A stretch of DNA of 64,000 nucleotides from a virus: positions 45,581 to 109,580 of the IMG/VR virus record IMGVR_UViG_3300032241_000811. One strand, 5' to 3'. A program made the translations under genes and the position numbers. The notes below the pieces were generated by a model, which was not told the origin of the DNA, searched no databases, and saw only the letters and a list, made by a program, of their open reading frames with translations. The first letter of the stretch is position 1, and each line of letters begins with the position of its first letter. This document shows positions 37,554-46,399 of this stretch, in pieces.

Positions 37554-38072
37554 CTAAATGCGTTCAATTTCAAAATAATCGTAGCGCAAGCCGAGTTCCG
37601 CTGTGATTGTATTTTCAGCAGAGTCAGAGACATTGAATGTCACACCGCTGAGTGAGACAGGATTGCAGTTGAAAAACTTGAAGCGAATGTTTGGATTATT
37701 AGCATTGGTATTGACAGTCAACATACCGTCATAGTAGATAGCAGCATCCTTGTTTTTATACTTTGCATAGTCTTTGAACCCTGTGGGCGCAGCTACGCTT
37801 CTCAGCCAGTCATATGTTTCTTCCCATACACGCAAATCTTCATCAACAATGAATGTGATTGTCATTGGGTCATATGTCAGCTTCCAACCTGCACGGAATG
37901 TATCTGAGAATGGGGTCGGCATTGTTACAGGACCTGTAGAGACACCAGGCATTGTTACAGTCTGGCAGAAATACTTTGCAAATGACAGATTAGGAATCGT
38001 AAAGGTATACTTTGTAGCCTGTAGAAAGCTGGGGTTCTGCGGCACCCTTGTAACAAAATTTTCTGTTGTCAT
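37554..38072 (-). CDS. 3: Tail tube terminator / completion protein gp3
   Basis: YFCQTVTMPG, FIVDEDL; synteny after gp23. Confidence 0.85.
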   Translation of the reverse strand: MTTENFVTRVPQNPSFLQATKYTFTIPNLSFAKYFCQTVTMPGVSTGPVTMPTPFSDTFRAGWKLTYDPMTITFIVDEDLRVWEETYDWLRSVAAPTGFKDYAKYKNKDAAIYYDGMLTVNTNANNPNIRFKFFNCNPVSLSGVTFNVSDSAENTITAELGLRYDYFEIERI

Positions 38073-38110
38073 TGATTGTAAGTCCTTTGCTGTGACTATT
38101 TATTTGAAAT

Positions 38111-38142
38111 AAAAAAAAGAGGGGAAATGAATCCCCTCTTTT
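38111..38142 (-). terminator. Intrinsic terminator after gp23
   Basis: AAAAGAGGGGA/TCCCCTCTTTT stem plus T8. Confidence 0.9.
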
Positions 38143-38174
38143 CAGTTAGTATAACAACTTGTTATAGTTATTGA

Positions 38175-39521
38175 TTAGGTCAAGTTGCGAACGCGGAAGA
38201 TACGATAATACTGATTGGTGCGATCAGCGATAACACCAAGACCAGGAGAAGCGTAGTCATAGCCACGAGCAAATGGGTTTGCCACCATGCCATAACGGGT
38301 CTTGAAACCAATCTTTGGCTGGAAGGTATCCTGACCGATGGCACGTACCATCTGGAGAGGAACGTATGGGCAATAGAACAGACCAGCGTCATAAGGAGAA
38401 GTACCCTTATAACCAACGGTGCAGAGTTCGTCGCCGTTAGCAGATCCACCGAAGTATGGGTCGATATAGACCTTGATACGTCCGTGCATTGTACCAGCGA
38501 AGGTGTTGCCTGTATCGTCAACAACGAGATTGACGTTTAGAGCAGGTGTGTAGTCGAGAACACCAGCCATTGCGAGGGCGCTTGCTACGTCTGAAGAAAC
38601 GAGCAAGATATTGCCCTTACCACGACGAGTTGCCTTGGCGATAGCGTTGCATTCACGTTCAATTTGGAATACAAGACCCTTGAACTTTTCAACAGACCAA
38701 CGGCCGTTTGAGTCAGTGTCAAGGTCGAATGTGCCAGGAGTTGTAACGCCATACTGAGCGCCAACGACAGCAGAGGTATAAACAGTTCTTACAACTTCTC
38801 TGTTGATTTCAGCGAGGATTTCAGTTGAGAGAATGTTTGCAAGTTCTGTTTCAGCATCAAGACCATGAACTGCCTTCAAGTCTTGTGCAAGTTCCATTGT
38901 GTACTCAGCCTTCAGAGCGCGTGAACGTGCTGTGACTGTTACCTTTTCAATGCTGAAAGCCATTTCAGCGAAAGCGTTTGAACCGCTGTCACCAAGAGAT
39001 TCAGCTTGAGTTGTTGACATACCGTTAGCTGTGGTATATGCACCAGTGTTTGCTGTGTTAGAAACAGGGTTGTTGCCAACCATGCCGTTTGTAGAACCGT
39101 TAGCACCCAGAGCGTTCTGGGCAGTAAAAGCGTCATTGACTTCGTTGAAGAAGGTTTCAGCGCCAGACTGATTTGTGTAACGTGAGCGCATAGCGAAGAT
39201 CAAGCCGGTTGGACCGGTCATTGGCTGAACGCCAGCGATATCATAAGCAATCAAGTTTGGCAGCGCACGGCGTACCAAGCTGATCAAGATTGGGTCGTAA
39301 GCAGCGATAGCTGAGTTACCACCAGCAGCCTGACCGAGACCACCACCGTAGTTGGTTGGTGCTGATTCGTTCAACTGACGGCCTTCTTCAGCCATAGCAC
39401 GTTCCTGGTTTTCCAGGATCATAGCTGTAACTGCACGGCGATATGGATCCTTAATCTTTATAACGCCATCGTGGTCAAGAACAGGTGACCACTTATTTTC
39501 GAGTTCTTCTGTTAGATACAT
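38175..39521 (-). CDS. 23: Major capsid protein gp23
   Basis: GVQPMTGPTGLIFAMR, ELAQDLKAVHGLDAE, FQPKIGFKTRYG; LNE cleavage site. Confidence 0.99.
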   Translation of the reverse strand: MYLTEELENKWSPVLDHDGVIKIKDPYRRAVTAMILENQERAMAEEGRQLNESAPTNYGGGLGQAAGGNSAIAAYDPILISLVRRALPNLIAYDIAGVQPMTGPTGLIFAMRSRYTNQSGAETFFNEVNDAFTAQNALGANGSTNGMVGNNPVSNTANTGAYTTANGMSTTQAESLGDSGSNAFAEMAFSIEKVTVTARSRALKAEYTMELAQDLKAVHGLDAETELANILSTEILAEINREVVRTVYTSAVVGAQYGVTTPGTFDLDTDSNGRWSVEKFKGLVFQIERECNAIAKATRRGKGNILLVSSDVASALAMAGVLDYTPALNVNLVVDDTGNTFAGTMHGRIKVYIDPYFGGSANGDELCTVGYKGTSPYDAGLFYCPYVPLQMVRAIGQDTFQPKIGFKTRYGMVANPFARGYDYASPGLGVIADRTNQYYRIFRVRNLT

Positions 39522-39576
39522 TTTTATTTTTTCCTTCTAAAAATTATAGAGTTACTTCTATAGCATTCTTATATGT

Positions 39577-39584
39577 TATTTATA
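39577..39584 (-). promoter_or_regulatory. T4 late promoter TATAAATA (gp23)
   Basis: Exact consensus. Confidence 0.85.
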
Positions 39585-39591
39585 ATTTCCG

Positions 39592-40971
39592 TTAGTTTGG
39601 GAGTGTCTTTCCGAGAGTCTTGACGTAAGCAGCCATTGGGCCAGTCAACTCTTCAGAAATCATGCCTCTTCCATCAGAAACGGTTTCAGCAGAGTCAAGA
39701 ACCTTTCCGCTCTTGACAGATGTTGTGAAATAGTTTTCTCTCAAAACGCTGAGTTTCTGTGCATATTCATTGACGTTTGCGTATTCAATGCCTTCTGCAA
39801 GTGTCTTCAGCTTCTCAGTTTGTGTGTCTGTCAGACCTTCGCAAGCGTTGGCTAGAACTTCATTTGCAGTTGATTCACTTAGCATCTTGTTCAAAGCAAC
39901 ATTGTGGTCAATCTCTTCATTCAACTTGTTCTTGAGTGAAAAGATTTCTTTGCCCATTTCTTCAACAACAGAGACCTTATCTTCTGGAATGTCAATGTAG
40001 TGTTCAGCGAACAAGCTACGTAGACCAGAGATGAAGTCCTCAGTCAATTCAGAGCGGAGACCAGCTTCAATTGCGATTTCATTTTCAGAAGCCCACTGCT
40101 CAACGACATAGTTGAGGTAGTCATCTACATTTGATGACAGGCTTTCTTCAATAGTGTTTACTTCTTCTTCAAGAGTAGCAGCATATGCTTCTTCAAGGAC
40201 AACAACTTCTTCTGCAAGCTTTGCTTTTACAGCAGCTTCAAAAATGGTAGCAGCCTTGGCTTTGAAGTCCTCAGAGAGTTCTTCACCAGCAAACAGAGCA
40301 TCCATGGCTTCTTGCATGTCTACTTCATAGCTTGCAGCAACATCTTCTTCGGTTACAAACTCAAAGTTTTCTTCAATAGCAGCTATGATCTGGTCATCGC
40401 TGTATCCTTCAACCATCATGCCTTCAATAAAGGCTTCGAGTTGTTCTTCCAACTCTTCCTCTTCTTCTTCCTTGCGCTTATGAGCCTTGGCTTCTTCGAG
40501 TTCTTCCTCTTCTTCCTTCTTGCGAGACTTGACCATCTTCATGGCTTCTTCGAGTTCTTCCTCTTCTTCCTTCTTGCGAGACTTGACCATCTTCATGGCT
40601 TCTTCAAGTTCTTCCTCTTCTTCCTTCTTGGCACGGCGCTTTGCTTCTTGAAGTCTTTCAGAATACTTCTTCATTGGCTCAGCGGGGCGAGCACCTTGCT
40701 TTGGCTTGCTCTTGTCTTCCTTGATTTCAGAAGAAGCAGCAGCACCGAAATTATCACCTTCACCAGGTGCCTTTGGGGCTACAGCTACAAGCTTGGCTCC
40801 ATCCTTGGGCGCAGTCGCTCCTGGATTAGAGAATGGCTCTTCCTTATACTTTGAGCCTGGGCGCAAAGTAGCCAAGTTTGGATTTGTTTTCTTTGCATCG
40901 CGGTCTGGTGCAGAATCGTTTGATTCGTTCATCAGAACTGCCTTTGCAACTTCAGTAAGTGACTTACCCAT
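39592..40971 (-). CDS. 22: Prohead scaffold gp22
   Basis: Acidic coiled coil, FKAKAATIFEAAV, YLNYVVEQW; between gp21 and gp23. Confidence 0.93.
   Translation of the reverse strand: MGKSLTEVAKAVLMNESNDSAPDRDAKKTNPNLATLRPGSKYKEEPFSNPGATAPKDGAKLVAVAPKAPGEGDNFGAAASSEIKEDKSKPKQGARPAEPMKKYSERLQEAKRRAKKEEEEELEEAMKMVKSRKKEEEEELEEAMKMVKSRKKEEEEELEEAKAHKRKEEEEEELEEQLEAFIEGMMVEGYSDDQIIAAIEENFEFVTEEDVAASYEVDMQEAMDALFAGEELSEDFKAKAATIFEAAVKAKLAEEVVVLEEAYAATLEEEVNTIEESLSSNVDDYLNYVVEQWASENEIAIEAGLRSELTEDFISGLRSLFAEHYIDIPEDKVSVVEEMGKEIFSLKNKLNEEIDHNVALNKMLSESTANEVLANACEGLTDTQTEKLKTLAEGIEYANVNEYAQKLSVLRENYFTTSVKSGKVLDSAETVSDGRGMISEELTGPMAAYVKTLGKTLPN
40489..40630. repeat. 54-bp tandem repeat (about 2.6 copies) in gp22
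   Basis: Encodes KKEEEEELEEAMKMVKSR units. Confidence 0.9.
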
Positions 40972-40996
40972 TGTTAGAATACTCCTTGTTTATTTT

Positions 40997-41004
40997 TATT
41001 TATA
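40997..41004 (-). promoter_or_regulatory. T4 late promoter TATAAATA (gp22)
   Basis: Exact consensus. Confidence 0.8.
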
Positions 41005-41008
41005 TAAC

Positions 41009-41653
41009 CTAAAGTTTTGAGACGTAACTCTTGAAAATTCTGAGTGCAACATCTTCAATTTCTGATTGGCTAGCTTCTTTTAGCATCTGACGAGCGCGTT
41101 CCTGATGAACCGGTGTCCAACCTTGGTTGGTCATGATCCATTCAGTGCCTTCCATAATACCATGCACAAATGCGTCAGGTGCAGAAGGATCAGCAACAAT
41201 GTCTGCTGCTGTAGCCAAATGAAAATCGTCTTGGACAAGTTGATAGCCATTCTGCGGCTTCAGAGACCCTACGCCTCTAGTGCTAACACCTAGGCTAGCA
41301 CCACCATCCAACAAACTCTTTACAATCTTACCATTTGGAGTATCTAATATCTTGGCTTTACCGACGAAGTTGTTACCTTCGGGAGTCAAGTCTACAATCA
41401 TATGCGACACACGGTCGAGATTGATTGTGGGTGAATCTGGGTGTCCAAGTTCACCAAATGCTCTGTTCTTTTGAACATAATCTTTATTATAGCGTTCTAC
41501 TTCTTTTTGTAGAACGTGTCTTGGGTATACACGGCCATTGCGGTTCTTCTTTTCGGCTTGAATGAAGATACCATGAATGAAATGTTCCTTCTTACCGTTT
41601 CTTTCCTCGGTAAGATACTTCACATCTAAAACTTCTTCTTTTATCAGCTTCAT
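41009..41653 (-). CDS. 21: Prohead protease gp21
   Basis: NRNGRVYP, GELGHP, GVSTRGVGS, DIVADPSAP. Confidence 0.97.
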   Translation of the reverse strand: MKLIKEEVLDVKYLTEERNGKKEHFIHGIFIQAEKKNRNGRVYPRHVLQKEVERYNKDYVQKNRAFGELGHPDSPTINLDRVSHMIVDLTPEGNNFVGKAKILDTPNGKIVKSLLDGGASLGVSTRGVGSLKPQNGYQLVQDDFHLATAADIVADPSAPDAFVHGIMEGTEWIMTNQGWTPVHQERARQMLKEASQSEIEDVALRIFKSYVSKL

Positions 41654-41672
41654 TTCTTCTATCTCTTTCTTA

Positions 41673-41990
41673 TTACTTTAGACCCATTGCGTGTCTTCTG
41701 CGAATGGAACGAGCCCTTTTCATTAGTATTCTTCTCATCTTTGATCTGCGTTTGATCTTGCCTCTGCGTTGCCCCATTTTACGATGGCGTCTTTCAGCAA
41801 AAGACATTCTCTTCAATCTATTATGAACCAACTTGAAACCAGGAACATTAGAGACACGTTTACGTCTCTGCACTTTACCATTTCTAATACGGGCGCGAAT
41901 GACCTTTATTCTTGGCCCTTTAGACTTGGTATAGGCTTCAGATATGATTTCATCAATCTGTTCCTCAGTTAGTTCGTCTAGCAATCCCAT
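41673..41990 (-). CDS. Prohead core protein (gp68-like), acidic N-terminus and Arg/Lys-rich body
   Basis: Position before gp21; IISE-A putative cleavage site; start likely ATG 41990. Confidence 0.65.
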   Translation of the reverse strand: MGLLDELTEEQIDEIISEAYTKSKGPRIKVIRARIRNGKVQRRKRVSNVPGFKLVHNRLKRMSFAERRHRKMGQRRGKIKRRSKMRRILMKRARSIRRRHAMGLK

Positions 41991-42742
41991 GCTCTGCGTG
42001 ACCAATAGTTTGCTTTTGTCTTGTCAGTCAGATTACCCTGCCCAGAAGAACGCGCACAATATGAACGCTTTCTTGCTGGCTGATCTTTCTTGATGCTTAG
42101 TGTCTTGTCACCAAAGTTGACCTTCTTGACATTACCAGTTGAAGAGTCCTTGACATAGACTTTTGACTTCTTGACATCACCCTTCATAGGTTTGTTCAAA
42201 GGAACTTCACGACCCTGATACTTTGCTTCATTCATTGCGCATGGGCACTTGCCGCTCATGCACTCATTCATTTCCAGTTGCTCTTTGATTGAACGCTTTG
42301 CATCTTCACCATATGTTGCTGAGCCAAGACCTGCTTGTTCGTTACGTGCAGCCCAGATGTTGTCAACCATATTAGGATACTTGCGCCCAGCACGAGCAGC
42401 ACGAGCCTTTGCTTTTGCTTTATCAGATGGAGAAAGCTTCTTGTGGTCTTTTACAGGATTTGGCTTGTCCCAGACTGGCTTATCTTCTTTAAGCTTTTCA
42501 TGGTCCATTATACCTTCATCATCTTCTGTGATGCCTGCACGAACTTTAGAAGCAGCAGTAGGATATCTCTTGTGCATCTGCTGTCGTTCGGTTTCTTCAT
42601 TGACGAACATCTTTGCAGACAAAGCTTTTTTCATTTCAACCAATTTCTTGGCTGCAATGTCAGCTATGTTCTGCTCAAACAACTTAGAAGCAGAATCGTA
42701 ATTTTTTTCCAAAACACTCTTGATGAAAGTCTTGTTTGTCAT
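41978..42742 (-). CDS. Modular prohead/internal protein
   Basis: gp67-like N-terminus, several xxE sites, basic modules, C-terminal KKVNFGD...YWSRRAW domain. Confidence 0.6.
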   Translation of the reverse strand: MTNKTFIKSVLEKNYDSASKLFEQNIADIAAKKLVEMKKALSAKMFVNEETERQQMHKRYPTAASKVRAGITEDDEGIMDHEKLKEDKPVWDKPNPVKDHKKLSPSDKAKAKARAARAGRKYPNMVDNIWAARNEQAGLGSATYGEDAKRSIKEQLEMNECMSGKCPCAMNEAKYQGREVPLNKPMKGDVKKSKVYVKDSSTGNVKKVNFGDKTLSIKKDQPARKRSYCARSSGQGNLTDKTKANYWSRRAWDC

Positions 42743-42745
42743 GGC

Positions 42746-43237
42746 TTAGGTTACTCTATTGAATGCATATGGATCAGCAGTTTGACCAGCATCATAGTCT
42801 CTTGAATCTTTTTTAAGTTCAAGGAATATTGTTGCAAAGTCGCCATTTGACATGCTTGATGTAGTGATAAGAATAGTTCCGTCTGTATTTGCTTCATTAT
42901 TCCACATTACAGCGCCATCGCCCATGCTTTGAAAATCGTAGTCAAAAGAACCGGCGCCTGCTGTGAAGATTTCAGTGTTGCTATCTCCATCCCACTGTAA
43001 CTTGAGCGCACCATTACCTGTAATATTACCAAAGGCGCGCTTGACTGCTGTTCTATAAACGCTTTTTGGATGAGTATTGGTTTTCATGATATATCCATTT
43101 GCGTTCAGTGCATAAGCAAGTGTAGACACATTGACAAGCACTTCGTTTGTGTTTTGTGAACCACTGCCTAGAATAACATATTTGAGCAATGCTCTCTTAT
43201 TGCTATCAACTAATCTTTGTTCTTTTATCGTTGCCAT
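42746..43237 (-). CDS. Conserved beta-rich protein of the head module
   Basis: 163 aa; position among prohead genes. Confidence 0.6.
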   Translation of the reverse strand: MATIKEQRLVDSNKRALLKYVILGSGSQNTNEVLVNVSTLAYALNANGYIMKTNTHPKSVYRTAVKRAFGNITGNGALKLQWDGDSNTEIFTAGAGSFDYDFQSMGDGAVMWNNEANTDGTILITTSSMSNGDFATIFLELKKDSRDYDAGQTADPYAFNRVT

Positions 43238-43241
43238 CTTT

Positions 43242-45248
43242 TTAATACCTTACTGCAAAATTTAGTATCTTGTTGAAAGAAGAGGCACTTTCATTAAGCA
43301 TTGTTTCCATCTTCTTTTTGTTTGTCTTGTTCATGGATTCGTGAACTGTAACAAGTTTTCTAGCTACTGTGTTATTTATTTTAATCTGCTGTTCACCGAA
43401 TTGAACTGTGCTTTCATTCAGATTATTATAGACAATATTCTTGATTGTCTTATAGACATTTTCTTGAACCGGAAACATAGCCTGGGATGCTTTCAGATTT
43501 ACTTGTCGTTCGCGTTCTGCTCTTGCAGCATCCGTACGCGCATCTGTTGGACCAACATATTGTGGTTGTGCGCGCCCTGCTGCTGTAAATTGATAGTCTT
43601 GTCTTTCTGTTCCTGGAACACTTGAGCCTGTGCTTGAGCCTGATTGACCTCCACCAGATCCTCCGCCGCCCAATGCTGTATCCAAAGCTTTATACTTTGC
43701 ATAGTTTTTCAAGAAGTTCTTTGCTCTTGCAAGGTTACTCAATTTTTGCCCGGCTGCAACTTCCGCTTCTGGATTCGCCGGACTTCTAACATTAAGGATA
43801 TCGCTCTCTGCGGCGGCTTTCCCGGCATCTGATGCTGCTTTTTCTGTTCCTGTAACGGCAGCGTTTTCTGCATCAGTTGCAACAGACAAAGCTTTTTCAC
43901 CGCCTGCGGCTGCTGCCTCTTCTGGAGCCGCCGCGGTACCTGCACCTAAAACTTCAGGCGCTGCCGCAGCCAATGCCGCAGCGCCGGCTGCGGTAAGAGC
44001 CGCGCCCGCTGGCGATGACATAAATGGATGTTGTTGTTTTGCTTGTGCATCATATGCCCTTTGTTTTGCCAACTCTTGTGCATATGATGTTTTTTGGCCA
44101 AGCACTTTATTTACAGCATAGTTTCCCCCTGCTGCAATATAATCTCCGCCCATATAGTTGGCAAGATTTCTCACACCGGCATCAACAGTGTCTAACACAC
44201 CTTCATCAATCTGGTTCTCTGAAATACCTACACCATGAAACTCTGGTGTTACAGAAGGGGATGGAGCAGGTGTGGTAGGACCAGCTTTAGGTTTCATTAC
44301 TGGTTTTCTAGGAACTGTCGGACCCGTCAGCCCCAGCTTTGCTTTTTGTCTGTTTGCATATGAGCCTGGTAACTTTTCAACAGCAGCGGCAAGAGCAGAA
44401 GAAACTGGTCCCATGCCTGCCTTTTGACGGTATTGTGATACTCTTTGTGCAAACGATCCAGCAACATCTGATACACCTCTTTTGATTTGCTTTTGTGTAT
44501 CAGAACCCATTGACTTTGAAACGCCTGCACCAACTTTACCTAGTGCCTTGGAGAGTGGCGATCTTCTCGCGGAAGCATCATCACCCTTTTCCATACTCTT
44601 TGCGAGAAGCCTTGCATAGACTTGCTTTTTTCTTTCATTGGAAGCTTCTGGAGCAGAGAATAGCCCGCCTGTTCTGGGCTTATTCATTCGTGACTTGTTC
44701 TTTTGTGTATAATAATAATCATCATCATTCATATCTTTCTTAGCTTCGTGCAGAGAATGTGTTGATGTCTGAATGCCAGTAAATGGAATGGTCACATACT
44801 TGTCAAGTGCTTGTGAGTAATACAGCACAACTTTTTGATTATCAGGGAACACACGAATCGCCTTTCTCTTCAGAATAATAACAGAAGGAATGTTCTTATC
44901 CTTTGGCATAGCCTTGTCTGCACGAGGATCAGCCTTGGATAAAAAGTCTGGAGTAGTTTCTTCCTTCAATCCAGATACTTTTTCTTTAGTTACTGACTGT
45001 CTGATCTTCTGATAAATCTGTGGTGAATCCAATACCTCAGACATCAAAGCATCCAATAGAGAGATTAGCATACGCTTGTCTTGAGGTGTCATACTATCAA
45101 CACCCTTTTCCAATGCTCGTTTCAGAGCAGGAAGTTTCTTTGCATCAAACAGACCAGCACGAACCAGGGTGGTAAGTTTACTTTCTTCCTTATCCCCTTT
45201 GTGTGTGATAGAGTCGTATTCTTCTCTAATCTGTTTGATGTTGCGCAT
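43242..45248 (-). CDS. Large prohead/internal protein with inserted basic and Ala-rich segments
   Basis: ILKRKAIRVFPDNQKVVLYYS domain; many (L/I/V)xE sites. Confidence 0.65.
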   Translation of the reverse strand: MRNIKQIREEYDSITHKGDKEESKLTTLVRAGLFDAKKLPALKRALEKGVDSMTPQDKRMLISLLDALMSEVLDSPQIYQKIRQSVTKEKVSGLKEETTPDFLSKADPRADKAMPKDKNIPSVIILKRKAIRVFPDNQKVVLYYSQALDKYVTIPFTGIQTSTHSLHEAKKDMNDDDYYYTQKNKSRMNKPRTGGLFSAPEASNERKKQVYARLLAKSMEKGDDASARRSPLSKALGKVGAGVSKSMGSDTQKQIKRGVSDVAGSFAQRVSQYRQKAGMGPVSSALAAAVEKLPGSYANRQKAKLGLTGPTVPRKPVMKPKAGPTTPAPSPSVTPEFHGVGISENQIDEGVLDTVDAGVRNLANYMGGDYIAAGGNYAVNKVLGQKTSYAQELAKQRAYDAQAKQQHPFMSSPAGAALTAAGAAALAAAAPEVLGAGTAAAPEEAAAAGGEKALSVATDAENAAVTGTEKAASDAGKAAAESDILNVRSPANPEAEVAAGQKLSNLARAKNFLKNYAKYKALDTALGGGGSGGGQSGSSTGSSVPGTERQDYQFTAAGRAQPQYVGPTDARTDAARAERERQVNLKASQAMFPVQENVYKTIKNIVYNNLNESTVQFGEQQIKINNTVARKLVTVHESMNKTNKKKMETMLNESASSFNKILNFAVRY

Positions 45249-45254
45249 GATATA

Positions 45255-45419
45255 TTACTTGTTTGTCTTTTGTGCAAAGTAGCTTTGAGCGACCTGAATC
45301 TTGCGTTCTTCAAGATTTACCACTGCCTTTTCTGTCAAAGCAGAAGAAAGGTTCTTGCGCATTTCATCAAGGTTGCCCTCAAGAATGTTATTCAATGCTT
45401 TCTTGATAGTTGTTGTCAT
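45255..45419 (-). CDS. gp67-like prohead core protein, 54 aa
   Basis: Not in track; MTTTIKKALNNILEGNLDEMRKNLSSALTEKAVVNLEERKIQVAQSYF; GGAG SD; AATAAATA at 45444-45451. Confidence 0.7.
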   Translation of the reverse strand: MTTTIKKALNNILEGNLDEMRKNLSSALTEKAVVNLEERKIQVAQSYFAQKTNK

Positions 45420-45449
45420 CTTTGTTTACTCCAAATGGTATTGTATTTA

Positions 45450-46397
45450 TTATACATCTTCAATTAGCACGCCGCGAATCAATGCGACTGTCAAGCCTTG
45501 ATCTCTACCCAAAACAGAACTGTCAACCATATCAGGACCGGACAGTATTTCCACTTTGGCGCCTCTTGGCAATAGAGTTTCCATGCTGTTGTTTACCTTG
45601 TTTGTAGTCAAGCCTGAAACATAGATTGCCTGTTGTCCCTTTTGAACTTCAAGCTGCAATATAGTTTTGGGTGCTTGTGGGTCTTGTGAAACCTCATTAT
45701 AGACATCAAGCAGATTATGATAATCCAATGTTGTTGAAGCATAACCTCTGAACTGGTAAACACTACCAGCTTTTAGCTTTGTTGCATCATATCTATCTGA
45801 TAGACCTACATACGTGGGATAATCAAATGGTGCTGATGTACCTTGAAATGCAGCATCAAGAGTATCAACAATGGCACCAATCTGTTGTGCATCATCAGGT
45901 GTCTGTGTAGCATCAATACCCTTATAAAGGAAGGAGTTGACTGGACCAAAAGATGTGTTGACAAAATTCTGTATGGCACTCAACTCATCGCTGCTGAATA
46001 GCCCGTTATTATAGTATTGTGACAATGCATTATGGATTTGATCAGCTTCCTGAGCCTGCTGCATTGTCATTGCAGAATCAATCTTCTGTTGCTTGTTTAC
46101 AACCTTACTGGCCTTATTGATTTGAACAGCAGCTTTTTTGTTTATCTCTGGGTCTTTGTCAGGCTTTGCCATCAGATTGGCAGAAGCATTAGCCACTTCT
46201 TGTTTACCCTTGTAAGGAACAAGCTTGTTGTTTTGAACGGTATAAGTAACTTTTCCAGTAGAATCTGAATATCGCCCAAATCCAACATAAGTCAGATTGA
46301 GTTTCTTTGCTTCTTTAGCAGCCTCAGACGAAGGTTCAGTCTGTGCTGATGCAGCAAGGGATTCGTTGAGATAATCTTTGTATTTCTTTATAGCCAT
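45450..46397 (-). CDS. ADP-ribosyltransferase-like (VIP2/Alt-type) internal protein
   Basis: VNSFLY, YVG, FRGYASTT, ILQLEV..GQQAIYV, METLLPRG; N-terminal KKYKDYLNE. Confidence 0.7.
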   Translation of the reverse strand: MAIKKYKDYLNESLAASAQTEPSSEAAKEAKKLNLTYVGFGRYSDSTGKVTYTVQNNKLVPYKGKQEVANASANLMAKPDKDPEINKKAAVQINKASKVVNKQQKIDSAMTMQQAQEADQIHNALSQYYNNGLFSSDELSAIQNFVNTSFGPVNSFLYKGIDATQTPDDAQQIGAIVDTLDAAFQGTSAPFDYPTYVGLSDRYDATKLKAGSVYQFRGYASTTLDYHNLLDVYNEVSQDPQAPKTILQLEVQKGQQAIYVSGLTTNKVNNSMETLLPRGAKVEILSGPDMVDSSVLGRDQGLTVALIRGVLIEDV

Positions 46398-46399
46398 TA

